From an uncultured cyanobacterium (GTDB taxonomy: Bacteria; Cyanobacteriota; Cyanobacteriia; Cyanobacteriales; CAWUOF01), in the NCBI GenBank assembly GCA_963744145.1, contig CAVUSO010000001.1, positions 1,024,001 through 1,088,000 on the forward strand: a stretch of 64,000 nt of DNA, in the 5' to 3' direction. A program made the position numbers and the translations under genes. The notes under the pieces were generated by a model. The model saw only the letters and a list, made by a program, of their open reading frames with translations, was not told where the DNA came from and searched no databases. Numbering within the stretch: the first letter of the stretch is position 1; every line of letters starts with the position of its first letter. This document shows positions 34,325-43,517 of the stretch, in pieces.

Positions 34325-35506
34325 CTATGGTGAAACTAGATCAAACTCAGGTTTGATCGTGGCGTAGGCCCAATCTAACCACGGGAGTAACGCTTCAATG
34401 TCTGTCGTTTCTACCGTAGCCCCGCCCCAAATCCTCAGTCCTGGAGGTGCAGCACGGTAAGAGGCAATGTCGAAAGCTACGTCCTGCTTCTCTAGAAGCT
34501 TTGCTAGTTTTTGGATGTATTCTGCCTGCTGTTGTGGACTTAAAACAGTAAACGAAGCATCGACAATCTTCAAACAGATGGATGTACAAGAGCGAATTGC
34601 TGGTTTCTCGGCTAAAAAATCTACCCAGCTACTTTGCTCAACCCAGTTGACAATTGTGGCCAGGTTTGCTTCACTGCGGCGAATCAACTCTGGCAGTCCG
34701 CCGATACTTTCTGCCCACATTAACCCGTCGATCGCATCTTCTACACACAGCATCGATGGTGTGTTGATCGTCTCTCCTTTAAAAATGCCTTCAATGAGTT
34801 TGCCTTTTTGTGTGAGGCGGAAAAGTTTTGGTAGAGGTCAAGCAGGTTGATAGCTTTCGAGGCGTTCCACGGCACGGGGTGAAAGTACAATTACACCATG
34901 TTGTGCTTCCCCACCCAATACCTTTTGCCAGGAATAGGTCACTACATCCAACTTATCCCACGGTATATCCATAGCGAACACAGCCGATGTGGCATCACAG
35001 ATGGTAAGTCCAGTACGGTCGGCGCTGATCCAGTCGCCATCAGACACCCTGACACCGGAGGTTGTACCATTCCACAAAAACACTACGTCTCGATTAAAGT
35101 CAACTTCATTTAGGTTGGGTAAACTGCCATAGGGTGCCTTCAGGAGACGTGCATCAGGCAACTTTAATTCATCAACAACATCTTTGACCCATTCCTGACC
35201 AAAGCTTTCCCATGCCAAGATGTCAAGAGGACGTTGTCCCAGGAGAGACCATAACGCCATTTCCACTGCACCTGTATCGGAAGCAGGAACGATACCCAAG
35301 CGATAGTCAGAAGGAACACCGAGAATTTTCTTAGAGCGTTCGATCACTTCTGTTAACTTAGCTTTGCCAGTGGTAGCGCGATGGGAACGACCAACACAAG
35401 CATTTTCCAGATTGGCCACACTCCAGCCGGGACGCTTCGCGCAAGGCCCAGAAGAAAAATGTGGAATGTGTGGCTTTATTGTTGGGGGTGTAAGATGATT
35501 TGACAT
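34325..35506 (-). pseudogene. serC: Phosphoserine aminotransferase with a single in-frame TGA
   Basis: [29 protein letters not shown]. The two ORFs are in the same frame; TGA at 34838-34840 replaces the expected Trp of PAWPLPK. Confidence 0.85.
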
Positions 35507-35794
35507 TGATGTTTAGTGTTGGTGTACGGTATCTGTTAGGTACTAGCTTAAATGATACCTTAATGAAGTTTCAAGACTTTGAGACATATAGTCAATACTT
35601 CCGACAGTTTTTGAGATAGATGCCCAAACCCCGCATTCTGCCAAGTAAAGCGTCTGAAAATCTGATTTCCCCTGAGCAGGTTCGTTCTATTGACTAATGT
35701 TTTAGTGGATACCAGTATAATGACTTTATGTTTACCAACTGATGCGATCGCGAAACTTGGTCTTGAATTGCTTAAAGAAGTTAGTGTTATGCCC

Positions 35795-36823
35795 TCATTT
35801 TACCAATCTAATTAAGTAATATATAATAAACCTTAACAAAGTTAAAGGTGCATAAAAAGCTAAATCAAGTCCTGAAGTGCAGATGATAATTAACTGATGT
35901 ATTGTGCTAATTTTCCCAGATTTTATACCTGTTAATTCTTCCTTTAAACGAGCAACTTGATCTCGCTGTATTCCAATTTCTTTCCCTGAAACCCGTAGGG
36001 CTTTTTCTGTTAATTTAATAGCCTTTTTCTCATTTCCTTCAGCTTGAGCAAGTTCAGCTAATCGATACAGTACCCCAACTTTTGTATCGGTGCGATTAAT
36101 TTTGTGACTAAGTTGTAAACATTCTTTATAATATTTCCTAGCTTCTTGATAATTCCCCTTGAGCAAATACCATCGACCTAAATTGATTAGTGGTGCAGTT
36201 TGATAATAAACATATTCATCTCCCAAAGAGCGATATTTTTCTAGAGCAAGTAAAAGTTCGTTTAAACTAGGAGTTAAATCGGATAACTTCAGGTAGAGAT
36301 TTCCCAAAAGATTATGGATTTCCGCTAAGTGAGCTTGTTGTTTTACCTGTAATTCACGGACTGGATTTTCTTGAGCGGTAATAATATTGAGAGCTAGACG
36401 ATAGGATTTAAGGGCAGAACCAAAACGTCTTTGTCGATGATATAATACTCCTAGATATCGTAAAGATTCACATTGTCCATAAAAATAACTAACGTCTTTA
36501 AACATTCTTAAAGATTCTTTAAAATATGATTTTGCTCGCGCAAATTCTGCATTTTCCATATAATTCCAACCCATTTGGTTTAAGACATCTCCCTGGATGA
36601 TTGTCGTACATTCAAAGACAATATTCGCACCCTGAAAGTAATATTGCCAATATCCGAACTCCCATAAATCTTTACTAATGCGCTCCCACGAATATAAAAT
36701 TAAATAAAATAACTTTCTACTTTTAAGTCGGTCATTTTCTAATAAGAATCGGTCTTTTAAAAGTTTTAGTTCTTGAATACTATTATCTCTGTCATCATTT
36801 ATATTAAAATCAAATTTAGACAT
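35795..36823 (-). CDS. TPR-repeat protein
   Basis: About 6 TPR-like units (LNQMGW, LRYLGVLY, HNLLGNLY, LINLGRWY, LYRLAEL); likely start ATG 36823, 10 nt after the upstream gene. Confidence 0.85.
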   Translation of the reverse strand: MSKFDFNINDDRDNSIQELKLLKDRFLLENDRLKSRKLFYLILYSWERISKDLWEFGYWQYYFQGANIVFECTTIIQGDVLNQMGWNYMENAEFARAKSYFKESLRMFKDVSYFYGQCESLRYLGVLYHRQRRFGSALKSYRLALNIITAQENPVRELQVKQQAHLAEIHNLLGNLYLKLSDLTPSLNELLLALEKYRSLGDEYVYYQTAPLINLGRWYLLKGNYQEARKYYKECLQLSHKINRTDTKVGVLYRLAELAQAEGNEKKAIKLTEKALRVSGKEIGIQRDQVARLKEELTGIKSGKISTIHQLIIICTSGLDLAFYAPLTLLRFIIYYLIRLVK

Positions 36824-36833
36824 AAGGTTTGAT

Positions 36834-38690
36834 TTACTCTCTATTATTAGGTCCGTATTTCCATTGAACGAATTGCTCCAGTTCCTCCAGAGAAGGTTCC
36901 CATTTTTCAACTAAATCATTACGCACACTGGTTCTTACCCAGGGGTGTAAATCATATCGCTTTTCACCTACTATATCTCTAGTTTCTGCGATTAAATACC
37001 AACGGTTAAGTTCATTACTTGCTGTTGACCATTCAGATAAACCCCAACCTTGTGAAATTTCAGCTTGGGTAATACTAGCATTCTTTTGACTAAGAATATG
37101 TAAGAGTCGTTTAGAAGTCTGAGAAAGCGCTTTCCAAGCTGTTTCTAAGGCAAATTTATAAAAGATTTGCACTTCTCCACTTGCTTCTTCTAAAGCAGAT
37201 AGAACTGGGTCGATAGCATCTTGATTATCTACTAAACCAACAACAAAATGTAATGCTAGTGGTGCACCATAAGAAAATTCATGGATACGGTGTAATTCCT
37301 CTTCTGTTGCTTGGATAAGAGCTGGTATTTGTTTATAATTTGCTTCATCAAGTAAAAGTTTTTTTGACCAGATTTCATCTAATCCTGTGATGGGAAGCAA
37401 TTTAACAAATGTAGATTTAGCTTTGACCCGACTGGTTAAAAGCATTCGACTAGGGTTAAGTATTTTGGGGATTTTAGCTAATATATCTGAATAATCTGAT
37501 GTTTCCGCATTGTCTAAAACTATCAGTCGTTTTTTCTCTCTTAGATGTTGCTGAATCCGATTTTCTGAGTTAGAGCATTGTAGTTGAATCGCTATTTCTT
37601 CTACAAATTTATCCCAAGTAAGTGATGCCGATCGCTGACTTTTACTAATTTTACTATCTACTAACTCTGTATCTCTTGCTGTTACCCACAATACATCAGC
37701 AAAAATCTTTTGATCTAAAGCTTTTTTTGCGATCGCTTTTGCTGCTTCTGTTTTCCCATACCCAGGACTACCGCTTAAACAAAATATTGATAACTCTTCG
37801 GGAGATTTCAAATAGTTGATAATTTCGGTGACTAGATCATCTCTTCCCCATACGATTCGACATAGACGATCGGGGATAAATTTTCCTTTGATTTCTGTTT
37901 GTTTTTGAGTATCAATGTAGTTGGTGCTGTTTCCTTGCCAAAAATTAATCTCTGTTCCACTATGAAAATGTACTGGACGCTGAGGATAAGTTTGAAACTG
38001 AGGATGGTTCTGAAATTCAGTTACTACTCCACTGGCAATATCTATATTATTAATATATTTACCAATCCCATAACGTTCCGGTTTTAATACTTCTAATAAT
38101 AAATGAGTTAGCACTCCATGACCATCGACAGCATGAGCTATTTCTGAGTTACGACAAGCGGCGATGAAAGAACGGTTAACAGAAGTTTTTGCAGCTAGGT
38201 TATTGAATCTTTGTAATATCGATTCAGTCAATTGACCGCTGTGACAACAATCTAACCAAACTATCTGTTCAGGAACACTACTTTCCATCAGTTGATCTGC
38301 TAAAAAATCAAAGGGTACTCCCCATCGATCGTCTTCTGGTTTATAGTCACTTGTCCCTAAATACGCGATCGCTTTTCCATAATCATCATTAACTAAACCA
38401 TGTCCAGCAAAAAATAATAGGGCTGTTGTTTTCCCATCTTTAGCTTGAAATAACTCAAAAATCTTATCTTTGAGAGCTTTAGCTTTAACTAATCCTTTCT
38501 GATCTGTTTCAAATTTTCCCTCATCTTCTTTGTCCGGGACTATTGTCACTTCAAATTGACCATACTGTCTGAGTAAATCAGCGATCGCTTGTGCATCTAT
38601 AGCTGCGTAGTCCAGATGACAACTTTTACCATCACGATCTTTGAGGAAAGGATAGCGATTAATCCCTACTACCAATGCTTGTCGGGTCAT
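36834..38690 (-). CDS. Caspase (peptidase C14) + NB-ARC/STAND ATPase + winged helix
   Basis: ALVVGINRY; intact dyad FAGHG and LDCCHSG; Walker A GSPGYGKT, Walker B LIVLDNAE, LLTSR, GAPLAL, YDLHPWVR. Confidence 0.88.
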   Translation of the reverse strand: MTRQALVVGINRYPFLKDRDGKSCHLDYAAIDAQAIADLLRQYGQFEVTIVPDKEDEGKFETDQKGLVKAKALKDKIFELFQAKDGKTTALLFFAGHGLVNDDYGKAIAYLGTSDYKPEDDRWGVPFDFLADQLMESSVPEQIVWLDCCHSGQLTESILQRFNNLAAKTSVNRSFIAACRNSEIAHAVDGHGVLTHLLLEVLKPERYGIGKYINNIDIASGVVTEFQNHPQFQTYPQRPVHFHSGTEINFWQGNSTNYIDTQKQTEIKGKFIPDRLCRIVWGRDDLVTEIINYLKSPEELSIFCLSGSPGYGKTEAAKAIAKKALDQKIFADVLWVTARDTELVDSKISKSQRSASLTWDKFVEEIAIQLQCSNSENRIQQHLREKKRLIVLDNAETSDYSDILAKIPKILNPSRMLLTSRVKAKSTFVKLLPITGLDEIWSKKLLLDEANYKQIPALIQATEEELHRIHEFSYGAPLALHFVVGLVDNQDAIDPVLSALEEASGEVQIFYKFALETAWKALSQTSKRLLHILSQKNASITQAEISQGWGLSEWSTASNELNRWYLIAETRDIVGEKRYDLHPWVRTSVRNDLVEKWEPSLEELEQFVQWKYGPNNRE

Positions 38691-38781
38691 TGACAATTCA
38701 CTACTTGTATTTTAGAATGGTTGCTAAATATTTTATATTTATTCAGCTCATCCAAGCTAGGATCTTAAACAAAACTTCAAG
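38688..38781. repeat. 94-bp direct repeat, copy 1 (upstream region of a caspase gene)
   Basis: Aligns ungapped with 42511-42604, about 10 mismatches, last 31 bp identical. Confidence 0.9.
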
Positions 38782-38897
38782 AATGCAGAAATATAATGGA
38801 ATGTAGCATTTGCGCGATCGCCATATCCTCTTGCTGGTACTAGCAGATAAAACAATACTGGACAAACCCAAGAATTAGAGATAGAGGTAATTTAACC

Positions 38898-39554
38898 ATG
38901 AATCAAATAACTGAAATCAGCTCCAATGAACAGCAAATGATTATCCAATTAAGAACTCTATCCCCTGAAAACCAACAGGTGGTAATTGATTTAATTGGTG
39001 CGTTGCAAGCGATCGCTACCAAATCACAGGAACCTAACCCAGAATTAGAGGATAATGTTAAGATTAGTGTTCATCAGGTATTAGGCAAATCTGATTTAAC
39101 TTTTGAACATGAAGGTCAAGTAATTTACACCCTAATTACTAAAGCGTTTAATCAAGGAAAAAGAGTAGTTTTATCTTTTCACAACGTCCAGAGAATTACT
39201 TGGCTATTTATTACTAAGGCGATCGGTCAGTTGTATGAGCATTTTTCTGAATCTCAGATCCAATCTTGTTTGCATTTAGTTGATCTTACTGAAGAAGATG
39301 TGGAATTTATTAATCATGTGATCGAAACGAAAAAAGAATTTTTAATAAATCCAGAAAAATTCCGACAACCAATGAGTGATGAACGGTTAGAAGAGTTGCG
39401 TCAAAAAAATCCAGAGAATTCTATACTTAAAGTATTGGGTATGTTTAAAGATGATGAAACCTTTGACGATATGTTAGCTAATATAGCGGAGTATCGTCGC
39501 GAATTAGATGAGGAACATTTTCGACAACTTGATGCGGAGTCAGCGGAAAATTGA
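38898..39554 (+). CDS. STAS-like (DUF4325-type) domain protein with antitoxin-like termini
   Basis: EGQVIY..I..AF..GKRVVLSF.NV..IT..F...AIGQLY; C-terminal GMFKDDETFDD. Confidence 0.65.
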   Translation: MNQITEISSNEQQMIIQLRTLSPENQQVVIDLIGALQAIATKSQEPNPELEDNVKISVHQVLGKSDLTFEHEGQVIYTLITKAFNQGKRVVLSFHNVQRITWLFITKAIGQLYEHFSESQIQSCLHLVDLTEEDVEFINHVIETKKEFLINPEKFRQPMSDERLEELRQKNPENSILKVLGMFKDDETFDDMLANIAEYRRELDEEHFRQLDAESAEN

Positions 39555-39619
39555 CTCTAAGAATTACCCACGGAGTCCACAGATACATACTTGACGATTT
39601 TGTAACTAAATTAGGCTGA

Positions 39620-40021
39620 TTATGGAAATAAACCTAAACGAATCCATAATTGTCGCGCTATTAACTGTGCTGGAGAGTTCAGTTCCAGACTTCCAACTGT
39701 TACTCTACCTGTAGCTGTTATTCCGACAATTGTACCAGACTCGGTTTCCACTTGAAAATGCTCATCCCATCGATCTTGTCTTGGGTGAAAAAGGGAAACT
39801 TCCGTGTTAGAGGTAGAATCAAGTCCACTGATGTTAGTCCCTTTACGCAGGTTACAAGAGCGACAAGCTAATGCGAGGTTTGACATTTGATCGTTACCAC
39901 CTCGATAAAGTGGAAGGATATGTTCAACCTCAAAAGGGAAGTTAAATAGGATTTCAGGAGCGCGACAATATTCGCAACAATGATCAGCGCGATCGGCTAC
40001 TAGGGTATAATAAGGGTTCAT
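39620..40021 (-). CDS. HNH endonuclease
   Basis: RA...CEYC, EHILP..GG....NLALAC.SCN..K, LFHPR.D.W.EHF, GRVTV. Confidence 0.88.
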   Translation of the reverse strand: MNPYYTLVADRADHCCEYCRAPEILFNFPFEVEHILPLYRGGNDQMSNLALACRSCNLRKGTNISGLDSTSNTEVSLFHPRQDRWDEHFQVETESGTIVGITATGRVTVGSLELNSPAQLIARQLWIRLGLFP

Positions 40022-40380
40022 TAACTCAATTGTTGGATAAGAGCCGATGTCCGAAATGTAGCCGCTTTAAGTTCGGCTTCGACAAGATGTTCTAATTCTG
40101 CTTGTTGTTTGGCAGAAATAGTTTGTCCGCGATCGCGTGCTGCACGCCATAGGTTCATTAATTCTGATAATTGTTTTTGTTGTTCGGCAGTAAAAAATTC
40201 GTCAGGGTTAAAGCTTTGAATAATTAGTAATACTTTGAAGTTTGTTTCGCCTAACAAAGTAATCAAACCATCTAAAGCTTGACCTGCGGTTGTACCAACA
40301 GACTGTTGATCGCCAGCAATAGCGCGATAAGATTTCTCACCGTTGGGATTAAATACAGGTAGGATAGCAACTGTAGTCAT
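40021..40380 (-). CDS. Small protein coupled to the HNH gene (putative antitoxin)
   Basis: TAATG overlap with the HNH gene; helical C-terminus QQAELEHLVEAEL. Confidence 0.65.
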   Translation of the reverse strand: MTTVAILPVFNPNGEKSYRAIAGDQQSVGTTAGQALDGLITLLGETNFKVLLIIQSFNPDEFFTAEQQKQLSELMNLWRAARDRGQTISAKQQAELEHLVEAELKAATFRTSALIQQLS

Positions 40381-40416
40381 ATCTAGTCCAAAGTTAATTA
40401 ATTATTAATTATAACC

Positions 40417-40646
40417 CAATCCAGTTCAATTAACCGTAGGGGCGTTCGCGTAGCGTGCCGTAGGCATAGCTTCGGGCGATAATTTACTACTTAAATTTTA
40501 CCCTGAGTGTTCCCTGAGCGGAGTCGAAGCTTGCCCTGAGCGTAGCCGAAGGGGGCGGAGTCGAAGGGCCATTAATTTTATATCCAAATACTTCGCCCAG
40601 TTCTTCGCCGAGATTTCCCAAAAAAATCCTTAACTTAACTGTATTG
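40417..40646. mobile_element. MITE-like element, second copy (inverted), with a nested small repeat
   Basis: Collinear with the reverse complement of 16319-16522; degenerate TIRs CAATCCAGTTCAATTAA and TTAACTTAACTGTATTG. Confidence 0.75.
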
Positions 40647-40715
40647 TGTTATAGTTATCTCTCGGTTAGTGCTATAATTTCAATCGATGATAATTGGAAT
40701 TATATCTTCTAGGCG

Positions 40716-40940
40716 GTGAATATGACTGAGTTACTTGAACGGGCGATCGCGCAATTGAAAACCTTACCAGCTAGTGAACAGGACGCGATCGCTACGATCA
40801 TACTGGAAGAACTTGAAGCAGAAATACAATGGGATGCAGCATTTGCGCGATCGCCAGATATTCTTGCCAAACTGGCAGCTAAAGCAATGACTGAGTACCA
40901 TGCTGGACAAACCCAAGAGTTAGATCCAGAAACACTGTGA
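40716..40940 (+). CDS. Putative type II antitoxin
   Basis: MTELLERAIAQLKTLP.SEQDAIA..ILEEL...WD..F; GTGA overlap with the toxin. Confidence 0.75.
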   Translation: MNMTELLERAIAQLKTLPASEQDAIATIILEELEAEIQWDAAFARSPDILAKLAAKAMTEYHAGQTQELDPETL

Positions 40941-41206
40941 AATCACAAACAACCAGATCTTTTCGTCAAACATTTGCCGAACTACCAAAGCAAGTGCAAG
41001 ATCAAACACGCGAAGCTTATCGACAATTCAAACGAGATCCTAATTATCCTAGTCTTCACTTCAAAAAGGTACATCCAGAATTATCAATTTATTCGGCTCG
41101 AATTAATAAAAACTATCGAGCCGTTGGACAGTTAGATGGAGATATCGTCATTTGGTTTTGGGTTGGTTCACATACAGATTATGAGCGGTTACTCTCTCAG
41201 TTCTAA
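40937..41206 (+). CDS. RelE/ParE-superfamily toxin
   Basis: F...F..LP..VQ, P.YPSLHFKKV, YSARI...YRAVG, WFWVGSH.DY. Confidence 0.8.
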   Translation: MKSQTTRSFRQTFAELPKQVQDQTREAYRQFKRDPNYPSLHFKKVHPELSIYSARINKNYRAVGQLDGDIVIWFWVGSHTDYERLLSQF

Positions 41207-41283
41207 TTTCACCAACTGATAAGTACGCTAAGAATTAAATAGAAGCGATCGCATTTATGAAACACAGGGAGTGCGATCGCCCC

Positions 41284-41832
41284 TCAAACCCTAACTAGCT
41301 CTCCATTTAAAATATTCAAACAAGCTGGACTTTCATCCATAAAATTGAGGTATAATTTTTCTCCTTCAATAGTAGTCTGAGTAATAATATCTTTGCCGTA
41401 CCTCCAGATTTCTTTACCTGACTCAGTGATGGCAGTTATATCAACTTCTTGAACAATTAACACAATTCCCTGATTTTTGAGGGGTAAGAAATAATAAAAC
41501 AGGGAACTTAATTTGATTCTAAAAGCGATTTGTCGATTTTTTATATTTACTCCTACTACTTCCTGGTTATAGCCGAACATAATAAGATCCAACTCTGGCT
41601 GCATTAATAAATTCGGTTTTAACCCATACCCTTGTGAACAAATGCCAATGCCAAAATAATGCAGTCCTGATGTTTGGGGACGCACAATGGCTGCATAAAA
41701 TTTCTGTTCATAATCATCATCTTCATTGAGTAATATGCTTCCTAAATCACATTGATTTAAAGAGTAAATTAGCTCTTTTTGTGTTGACCATTCTTGCAAT
41801 TCTATCACGTTTTCAGTAAAAGTAATAAACAT
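41284..41832 (-). CDS. Hypothetical protein (candidate immunity protein)
   Basis: Acidic, beta-rich, 182 aa; starts 1 nt after the stop of the upstream toxin-like gene. Confidence 0.55.
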   Translation of the reverse strand: MFITFTENVIELQEWSTQKELIYSLNQCDLGSILLNEDDDYEQKFYAAIVRPQTSGLHYFGIGICSQGYGLKPNLLMQPELDLIMFGYNQEVVGVNIKNRQIAFRIKLSSLFYYFLPLKNQGIVLIVQEVDITAITESGKEIWRYGKDIITQTTIEGEKLYLNFMDESPACLNILNGELVRV

Positions 41833-41833
41833 T

Positions 41834-42241
41834 TTAGTTGACTCCAGATTTTAAGAAAATTGTTATAAGTTTATTATTTTGCCAAACTGTCTCCATTCTA
41901 AGAGCGCCTCTTTTTCCCATCAAGAGAGAATCTTTGACAATTCGACCATCTGGTTGCGTTCTAATGATGTTGGTCGAGTCATAGAAAGCAGTTTCGATAT
42001 GGCGTACCATGTAATCCCGGTTTTCTATTGTATCATAAATTCCAATCGATTCTAGGAGTCGGAGCATTTCTCTGCTTCTGATCATGTTATCTGGACTACC
42101 AGTTGCTTGTCCAAAAAGATAAGAAAGCTTTTGAACAATCTTAGCTTGACGATGGGCTTGACGGATATCGGTAATAATAAAAGCGAGAATAATAAATGTT
42201 AGATCGGCAAGCAGAAGAGCTAGTTGAAATTTTGCTTTCAA
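41834..42241 (-). CDS. Membrane-anchored protein resembling a polymorphic-toxin C-terminal nuclease domain
   Basis: N-terminal hydrophobic helix, then KLSYLFGQATGS.DN..RS..ML..LESIGI.D and SLLMG..G..RMETVW..NKLIT; family recalled, not searched. Confidence 0.5.
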   Translation of the reverse strand: MKAKFQLALLLADLTFIILAFIITDIRQAHRQAKIVQKLSYLFGQATGSPDNMIRSREMLRLLESIGIYDTIENRDYMVRHIETAFYDSTNIIRTQPDGRIVKDSLLMGKRGALRMETVWQNNKLITIFLKSGVN

Positions 42242-42330
42242 TGTTGTTATAGTTATCTCTCCATACTTATGTATTCCTGGTCTATTGTAGATTATAGCGT
42301 GATCGCTATTCTTAACTTTCTGGTATTAAC

Positions 42331-42513
42331 GTTATCTCCCATTGGATCGATTTTAAACCTATCAGCGTTACTGACAGGTAATCTTGTCACTTTGAAGTTA
42401 CCGTGAGTTTCGAGGAGATGAGCGATCGCCTCCGCATCAGAAGCCGGTCTTTCCAAATGTTCTTTGATAACAGGATATCGGTTAATCTCAACTACTAATG
42501 CTTCTCACTTCAT
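42331..42513 (-). pseudogene. Caspase N-terminal remnant
   Basis: Manual translation MK*EALVVEINRYPVIKEHLERPASDAEAIAHLLETHGNFKVTRLP...KIDP, homologous to the starts of the 38690 and 50026 genes. Confidence 0.85.
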
Positions 42514-42604
42514 TGACTATTCACTACTTGTATTTTAGAGTATTTGCTGACTATTCTATATTCATTCAACTCCTCCAAGCTAGGATCTTAAACAAAACTT
42601 CAAG
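42511..42604. repeat. 94-bp direct repeat, copy 2
   Basis: Matches 38688-38781; contains the stop codon of the 42600-43385 gene. Confidence 0.9.
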
Positions 42605-43385
42605 GATTATTAGTTTGTGAAGGGTTATTCGCATCGTCCCACAGTTGTTTAATTCCTTTGTACAAGCCATCATAATATTTTTGGTCTTGATAGCGGGTAA
42701 TAAAAATTACAATGCTTTCATGGGTTGGCTTAAACTCCGATATTAAAGGAGAAATCCTTGCCCATCCTTTAGGTGTTTCTGGATCGACGATCCAAATATT
42801 GCAAGTGGGAAAAGCATCATAAAGAGCATAATGTAACTGTTGCGGGTAAGTTTTTTTTAATTGATCTAGCTGGTCAGTAAAATTCTTTACATCTTGCTTT
42901 AAATCATTCAGCGATCGCTTCGTAAACTCTGCATAACTTTCAGCCATTTTACTATCAGGATCGAAAATCAAAAATTTTATTTTTAACTTGGAATTATTTT
43001 TCAAAGCTTCGTCAATATATACGCTCAATCCTTGACGTACAGCAGTAGAATAGGTTGCGGCTTTAATATAAATAGTATCTTGAACCAAATCCCAAACTTT
43101 ATTAATATCTTTATTAGCAGGTACTTCTCTCCTTCTTAAATATACTGATTCCACTGGTAAACTAATCGCTTTTTGCAATTTAACAATCACCCGTTCAATT
43201 AATTCTTCTTGCAAAAAATTTTTATACAGAGTTTCCACAACTCCGATTGCTAAGGTTGCTGACCCAGCATTGCTCAAGAAATCTTTTGCATATTGATAGC
43301 TACTCGGTATTAATGCTGAAATTAGCATCATCACCAAGCCTACTAAAATAATGACAGCACCTAAGAATTTATGAACAGTTTTCAT
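42600..43385 (-). CDS. 2TM protein with a DUF5919/PLD-like alpha-beta domain
   Basis: Two N-terminal TM helices; ESVYLRR, KIKFLIFDPDS, LYDAFPTCNIWIVD, F/Y..LWD pattern; no HKD motif. Confidence 0.55.
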   Translation of the reverse strand: MKTVHKFLGAVIILVGLVMMLISALIPSSYQYAKDFLSNAGSATLAIGVVETLYKNFLQEELIERVIVKLQKAISLPVESVYLRRREVPANKDINKVWDLVQDTIYIKAATYSTAVRQGLSVYIDEALKNNSKLKIKFLIFDPDSKMAESYAEFTKRSLNDLKQDVKNFTDQLDQLKKTYPQQLHYALYDAFPTCNIWIVDPETPKGWARISPLISEFKPTHESIVIFITRYQDQKYYDGLYKGIKQLWDDANNPSQTNNP

Positions 43386-43517
43386 CGGTTTTTATACCAA
43401 TAACTCACGAAATTGCACTTAATTAGTGAGGCAGCGGTGGGTTTATTATGCTGATCTGCCTTTACCAACATTGATCGGTAAACCTGCCCCCACCAACAGA
43501 TCAATTACTGAACCATA

